Source: Dimorphilus gyrociliatus
Taxonomy: Eukaryota > Animalia > Annelida
Assembly: GCA_904063045.1 (NCBI GenBank)
Contig: CAJFCJ010000008.1
Span: 1,240,001 to 1,304,000 of the forward strand
Direction of reading: 5' to 3'
DNA: 64,000 nucleotides
Shown here: piece after piece, positions 61,144 through 64,000 of the stretch
How positions within the stretch are numbered: the stretch's first letter is position 1
Layout of the letters: each line of letters starts with the position of its first letter
Translations under genes and position numbers: made by a program
Notes under the pieces: generated by a model
Told to the model about the DNA's origin: nothing
What the model saw: the letters and a program-made list of their open reading frames with translations, nothing else
Databases searched by the model: none

Positions 61144-62871
61144 ATGGTGGACAGTTCTACCCCAACCGTTAATTATACAAATTCAACAAGAAACAATGAT
61201 GACCTGTACTCTGTACCTGTTTCATTGATAATTTTATTATCAATTCTCTATGGTATTTTATCAATCGTTTCGGTTACTGGAAACAGTTTGGTAATTGCTG
61301 TCATAATTCGTTTGAAACACATGCGAACAGTTACGAACTTTTTAATCGGAAATTTAGCGGTTGCTGATATTCTTATAGGACTTTTGAGCATTCCATTTCA
61401 ATTCCAAGCTGCTCTACTTCAGAAATGGGATTTACCGCCTTTTTTGTGCACAGTAGCTCCTTTTGTGAAGGAGATATCAGTTACAGTCTCAATATGCACT
61501 TTAATCGTGATCAGCATCGATAGGTATTTTCAGAGATGAAATTTAGCTATAAGTTTTACCACCTATCTTGAAAAACAAGAAAAAAATCGATTGTAATTAA
61601 GCATAATTCCATATAGCGATATTTATCAGAACAGAAACTATCGAATTGATTTAATTAACTTTTTATCTCTATGGATCATAAAGGAATAATTAGCTTCATT
61701 TGTTTTCCAAGAGGAAATCAATATTTATGATTTTTTCTCTCCGATCTCAATACTTTTGTTGATTAATAGTACAAGCACGACAGACAGAACTCCAATTAGT
61801 CTAACTGTCCATTTTTCAAGTTGATCCTAATTGAGGATCAACCAGCTATCTTAATTCTTTTCTATAGGAAATAGGGTTTTTTTCTAGACTCGCTCTCTTT
61901 TTACTCGCCTGTTGTGTTGGCAAAAGCTTAAACTTAAAATGAGAACAAAAGTTTTTGTCTTTTTCAATCAATAATGATTTTATTATCATATTAAAAATAG
62001 ATACATAAAATCGTAGCCATTAAAAAGTAAACGATTCGATAATTAAACTATAAAGAATTTATCGAATTCTTCGTGTACTGTTAATTTTGAATTCTAGCAC
62101 TCTTGTTTTCAATGTAATTCTTTGACAAGCTCTCTTCTTATTTCATGACAATAATTAATATCGACAATAATTAAAATAGCAATTATAATATAGTATTGAC
62201 AATTTCCAAACAAGATAGATAACCTTAATTATTTTAATCCACTAATTGTTTGATAATAATGTTTTTATAACTAAAGAATTAGAAAATGAGGTTGAGACAT
62301 CGTTAATATTTTTAACCCTTCATTCTGCATTAGAACAAAAGCATTTACTCCTCATTTTGGAATTATTGAAATGTAAATATTTTATAAATAAAGGAAGTAC
62401 TAAAGCTTATTTCGTCTCTGAATTTTCCTTTAACAACAAACAAAAATCTCTAATATGCATATAAATATATATGTATTATTCGTATATATATATGTATATA
62501 TATAAATGTATATATGTATATATTTATATAGATACAATGCTATCATTCATCCGCTACGACCGAGATGCTCCAGAAGAGTCTCAAAAATCTGCATGTTGAT
62601 AGTTTGGATTGTTTCGATAACATGCGCCGTCCCTTGCACACTTATTTATAGATTTAAAGTTAAGGAAAACAACGCATCCATTTGCGACATTGTACTTGAT
62701 CATGGTTTAGTCAAAATCTACGTGCTTAGTTTAACTGTTGCGCAATACTTTATGCCATTGATCGTCATTTCCTTTGCCTATTTCCGGATAATGTTCAGAT
62801 TATGGAGGAGTGAAGCGCCTGGTGCTGCTGTTAATTCTCGAGATGCAATTATGCATCGGAATAAGAAAAAA
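61144..62871 (+). CDS. Rhodopsin-family neuropeptide GPCR, leucokinin/lymnokinin receptor type (5' part, TM1-ICL3; the rest lies beyond the window)
   Basis: Exons: 61144-61523 and 62532-62871 (AG|GTATTT … ATATAG|A; final donor AAA|GTAAGT). Motifs: LYSVP, IPFQFQAALLQKWDLPPFLC..APFV (leucokinin-receptor-like signature), DRY split by an intron, QYFMPL, RLWRSEAPG. I saw no TM6/TM7 exon before position 64000. An acceptor TTTTCAG ending at 61125 suggests an upstream 5' exon. Confidence 0.85.
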
Positions 62872-64000
62872 GTAAGTTGATTTGTTTTCCTTTAATATGT
62901 ATAGTATATACAGTTCATCGCCGTCTCCTTTGCTGTCGGTTTGGATTTCTGTAGGGACAATAATAGCTTCAGGCTCTTTTAGCTTGTTTTCTTTATAAAG
63001 TAACGTTTTCACATATACACAAGCACAAAAAACGATATGGGGATTTGAAAGATAAACGAATTGCTGATCATTTTCTTTGAAATAGAGTAGGTAAATATTC
63101 AAATAAATTCAGGTTTTGTTCCCAAAAAATCCTAGTAAGAAGAAAGGATATATTGCTCATAGTAGAATGTTTAGTTATTGTTATTGGCTAAAAATTACGT
63201 AAAGCCTAGTATTTTTTCCCCAGCATAAAATAAGGCTTTCTCAAAAATTAAGCGAATGGAACACCTTTAGTCTATACTATTTCATAATTCTTTTCATAAA
63301 GCATTCATTTTAGTACACCTAAGCTTTCAATGTATACTTAACGCTCAGCAGCATTTACATAGTACAATATTATAATGGACGTTTTCAACGCTTTATAAGT
63401 CGTACGAAGCGCGTTAAAAGAAGGTTTCTTTCGAGAATTTGAATAGAACATGTTAAAATAATAGCTTCTCAAAAGAGAAAGTATTAACAATTCTGTCGCA
63501 ATTTATAAATTATTTACAACAAAACTAGAATACGTATTATCTCCAGAAGCATAAAACAAGGTTAGTAGATAATTCAAGGTAAAAAGATTGCCATTAAAGG
63601 TCAAAATACTTAAAGATGGCCACCAACAGATATCACAGTTTGATAATTTGCAATGTTCTATAATATATAAAAAGTAACATTTCTGTAGTGGAATTCTTAT
63701 CAACAGAAATTTTTCCCAAATTCTTCAAATATTAATTTTTTTCATGAGGGAGATAATCAAATTTTTTGTGATAACAGATAAATTCTTTCAACATTTACTT
63801 TTCCTCTAGATATAATTTCGTTTAAAATTTATATAGCAATGATCAACTTTCCATTGATTCTGTGCATAAATAATAGTCCTTTAATTATAGAAGAGAAGAG
63901 GAAGCAAATTGTCACATATTACAAATCAGTCTAAAAAGAAACAAACAATTTCAAAGTAAAAGATTAACATTGAATATAGAATATGCGGAGGTATAAAAAT

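Noticed and set aside
61820-61842. Perfect 9-bp hairpin GTTGATCCT-AATTG-AGGATCAAC in GPCR intron 1
   Set aside because: It is isolated and short, with no target-site duplication or second copy. Likely chance.
1-64000. CRISPR arrays, rRNA, tRNA, or intact transposase/reverse-transcriptase ORFs
   Set aside because: None was seen. The window is eukaryotic and intron-rich, and it has no long uninterrupted mobile-element ORF or regular repeat-spacer array.

Overview
AT-rich, intron-containing eukaryotic DNA. The gene content points to a lophotrochozoan invertebrate with many very short introns (inference). I reconstructed five spliced protein-coding genes by hand from GT-AG boundaries and reading-frame continuity. 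(1,2) A tail-to-tail pair of nicotinic acetylcholine receptor alpha subunits (+ strand, ~6.2/15.8-21.1 kb; - strand, 24.1-33.0 kb). Both have the ESPAK M1-M2 linker typical of anion-selective nAChRs rather than the cationic GEK. (3) A 10-exon GH18 chitinase-like gene (- strand, 40.6-42.4 kb) with an intact DxDxE motif and a hydrophobic C-terminal tail. (4) A luqin/RYamide-type neuropeptide GPCR (+, 52.2-57.1 kb). (5) A leucokinin-type GPCR (+, from 61.1 kb) that runs out of the window. The most notable hidden feature is a tandem duplication of the 87-nt pore (M2) exon in the second nAChR. The two copies are separated by only 47 nt and differ at pore positions 13' and 20', which suggests mutually exclusive splicing that switches the pore of an ACh-gated chloride channel. 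Other points of interest are candidate alternative signal-peptide first exons and 11 exact CTCF-like motifs placed at promoters and between genes. Most entries in the supplied ORF track are low-complexity artefacts.
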